A stretch of DNA of 64,000 nucleotides. It comes from Podarcis tiliguerta (taxonomy: Eukaryota). This document shows, piece by piece, positions 61,836 to 64,000 of the stretch; position 1 is the stretch's first letter; each line of letters begins with the position of its first letter. Location of the stretch: assembly GCA_965153285.1 (NCBI GenBank), contig OZ229113.1. One strand, 5' to 3'. Below the pieces are notes generated by a model. It had not been told where the DNA came from and did not search any database. It saw nothing but the letters and a program-made list of their open reading frames with translations. Made by a program: the position numbers and the translations under genes.

Positions 61836-64000
61836 TGCTCTCATTTAACTGTTTTATAAATATTTTAATACTAGAAAATTTGTGGCCTCTATTGCATACA
61901 AGCATTTAAATGCATTTTAAGGCATTGTTATCGCACCCTTCTAGTGTAAATGCACTACACAGGGTGGCTTATAAGATATAAACATTACAATCACTCATTA
62001 AAAACAGAGAAACATTACAAAAGAGTCAGGCTCAACAGCTGATCATCATGAAAGCCACCAAAGGAAAAGTGGACTTTTGGACCTGCAAGCACATCCTTCA
62101 ACCTTTATTGCCATAAATGTTTTCTGTTTTTATCAATGATAAACCTTTTCAAGATTTTGCAAGGAATTTTGGTATTTGATATTTTTGCTAAAATAATATT
62201 ATGGAAATCTACACTGATTCTCTCTAAGTAACATTAGTGAATTTACAAGCAAAGTTTCCCAGCAACATCTAGTCGAAACCAACAGCCCTGGGGGGAAATC
62301 TGTGAGAATCCAGGCTCTCTTCTTTCTTGGGTTTAACCACAATAAAAAAAAAGGTCTCTAGAGGTGCAATTACAACTTCATGGAAATATCCACAGCCCAA
62401 CAACTAAGGCTTAATTAACAATTGTGTCCTACCTTTCTACATCATTAAACAGATTAGCCGAAAACAACATTCCCTGCAGAAATCTGTTTCCTGCTAGTTG
62501 GCCTCAAGAATCACTATTGGCAAGCATACAGAAATGAAACTTAAATCTCAGTTCCTTGTTCTAAATTTGCATGTTTACCACCCTTTAGGGCATTTTTTGA
62601 AAAAGAAAAAGGAATAGAATAGTTGATGTGGTCTCTCTGATGTGTGTCAACCCAAAACACTTTTAATTAGAATGAAATCACACCAACTATAAAATCCTAT
62701 GCTTATTTACTCTGAAGCCAATCTTAGTAGTTCTTTTCAAGCACTGTACTTGCATGCGATAATAAACATGTGTAGAGGAGCCACATTCACAAGTCTGCCC
62801 ACTCAGTGGCCCCACCCCTGTTATGGCCCTGCCCTCTATTGTCTTCTTACTAGTCCTGTCCCCACGTGTTTGAAGGTCTGAAGTAAGGAGCTACAATATG
62901 AATGTAGACTCCCATGATTCGGAACCCTGCATGATCACCCTTCTAAGGCTGCATTCACATAGCAGTCTAATTCATTTTCACAATGTTTCCCTGTCAATTT
63001 CCACATTATGTTTGAGCTCTCTCATGATGTAAAACCCACTTCCAGAACTACAGTGGAATATAATGCAAGTTTACCACTCATTTCCATATTACTTGCAAAC
63101 AGTTCTCCCCCCCCCCATAAGTAAATAACATAGAAATTAGCACTAAACTTGCACTATATTCCACTATAGGTCCAGAAGAGACTTCCATGTCGTGTGAACG
63201 CTCAGATATAATGTGGAACTTAACAGTTAGGGAGAAGTTGTGAAAACAGAATAAACCACCATGTGATTGCAGCCCCAATTGCACAGGGAAGCTGGGCACT
63301 TGCAGCAGGCCCTCTACTTCAGACTTTCCCCCACAGCATGTGGTTGGTGAATAGGCAGGGCCAATGAAGACACAATAGCAGGGGTGGGGCATGGTCTCAT
63401 TCTCCCATCACACAATTGTAAGACTATCAGGGAAGAACAACTCAGAAAAGGCTGATGTGTTCAGCAGGCCTCATAAGTATGTTTAGGATTGCCGCCACAG
63501 TTTGATGCCTAATGTTCAGAGCTTCAAGGCTCCACCAGAAATTCACAGAAGAAAGAAAGAATGGTTTTGCTAAACTCTAGTATAATGGATTTAACATCCG
63601 GGGAGCAAAATTTGACGTTTCCTCTACTAGCCATTTATTTAAATATTTATTTATTAAATTTATATACCACCCTTCATCTATAGATCTCAGGTGAGGAGAT
63701 TCCAGCTGAAGGAATGCTGTGTGATGCTGAGGATCTAGCACGCGACGAAAGATCTCAGCTCAGCAGCTGATTCACTTCATCAGCTCGGGTATTTAACTTC
63801 TGACTCAAATTTCCTATGCCAAGAGTATGATTAATAATTTAAAATTGTAATCAAGGATGGCTCAGATAATGCTTCCAGCCTGGAGCAGGTGAGCAAGTAG
63901 AACTGCCCAAGTGATCGGACTCCCCTGTTTCACAGTTTACAGGTAGAATGGATTTTAATACAGAGAGATTTTTAGCCTGTAGACTTAAGCCACTTAGAAA

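Noticed and set aside
63690-63770. Short exon-like plus-strand frame EEIPAEGMLCDAEDLARDERSQLSS
   Set aside because: Isolated and adjacent to a decayed repeat tail; no supporting gene structure.

Overview
Vertebrate genomic DNA, very probably from a lacertid lizard: it carries Sauria-SINE, Squam3-like SINE and BovB copies typical of squamates. Two intron-containing genes lie in tandem on the minus strand. (1) GRAMD1C (Aster-C, ER-anchored sterol transporter). I traced 16 coding exons from 49736 down to the TGA at 9376-9378. All have AG/GT boundaries and compatible phases, and together they give 1821 nt (606 aa + stop) covering the GRAM domain, VASt/ASTER domain, TM helix and C-terminal coiled coil. 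The canonical N-terminal exons were not recognised; they may lie beyond 64000, and a candidate alternative first coding exon is at 53794-53901. (2) ZDHHC23 (palmitoyltransferase): CpG-island promoter at ~2300-3300, first coding exon 2321-2463, second coding exon 635 to beyond the left edge. This GRAMD1C-ZDHHC23 order is the same as in mammals. The rest is intronic or intergenic DNA dense in transposons (SINEs, CR1/L2/L1/BovB fragments, Tc1/mariner and hAT MITEs, a possible solo LTR) and microsatellites. Almost all ORFs in the supplied track are spurious. I do not see a convincing new biological system. The best leads are candidate GRAMD1C isoforms (alternative N-terminus, internal promoter giving a GRAM-less form, an extended linker exon) and several informative transposon structures, including a 45-bp hAT element with a perfect 8-bp target duplication.
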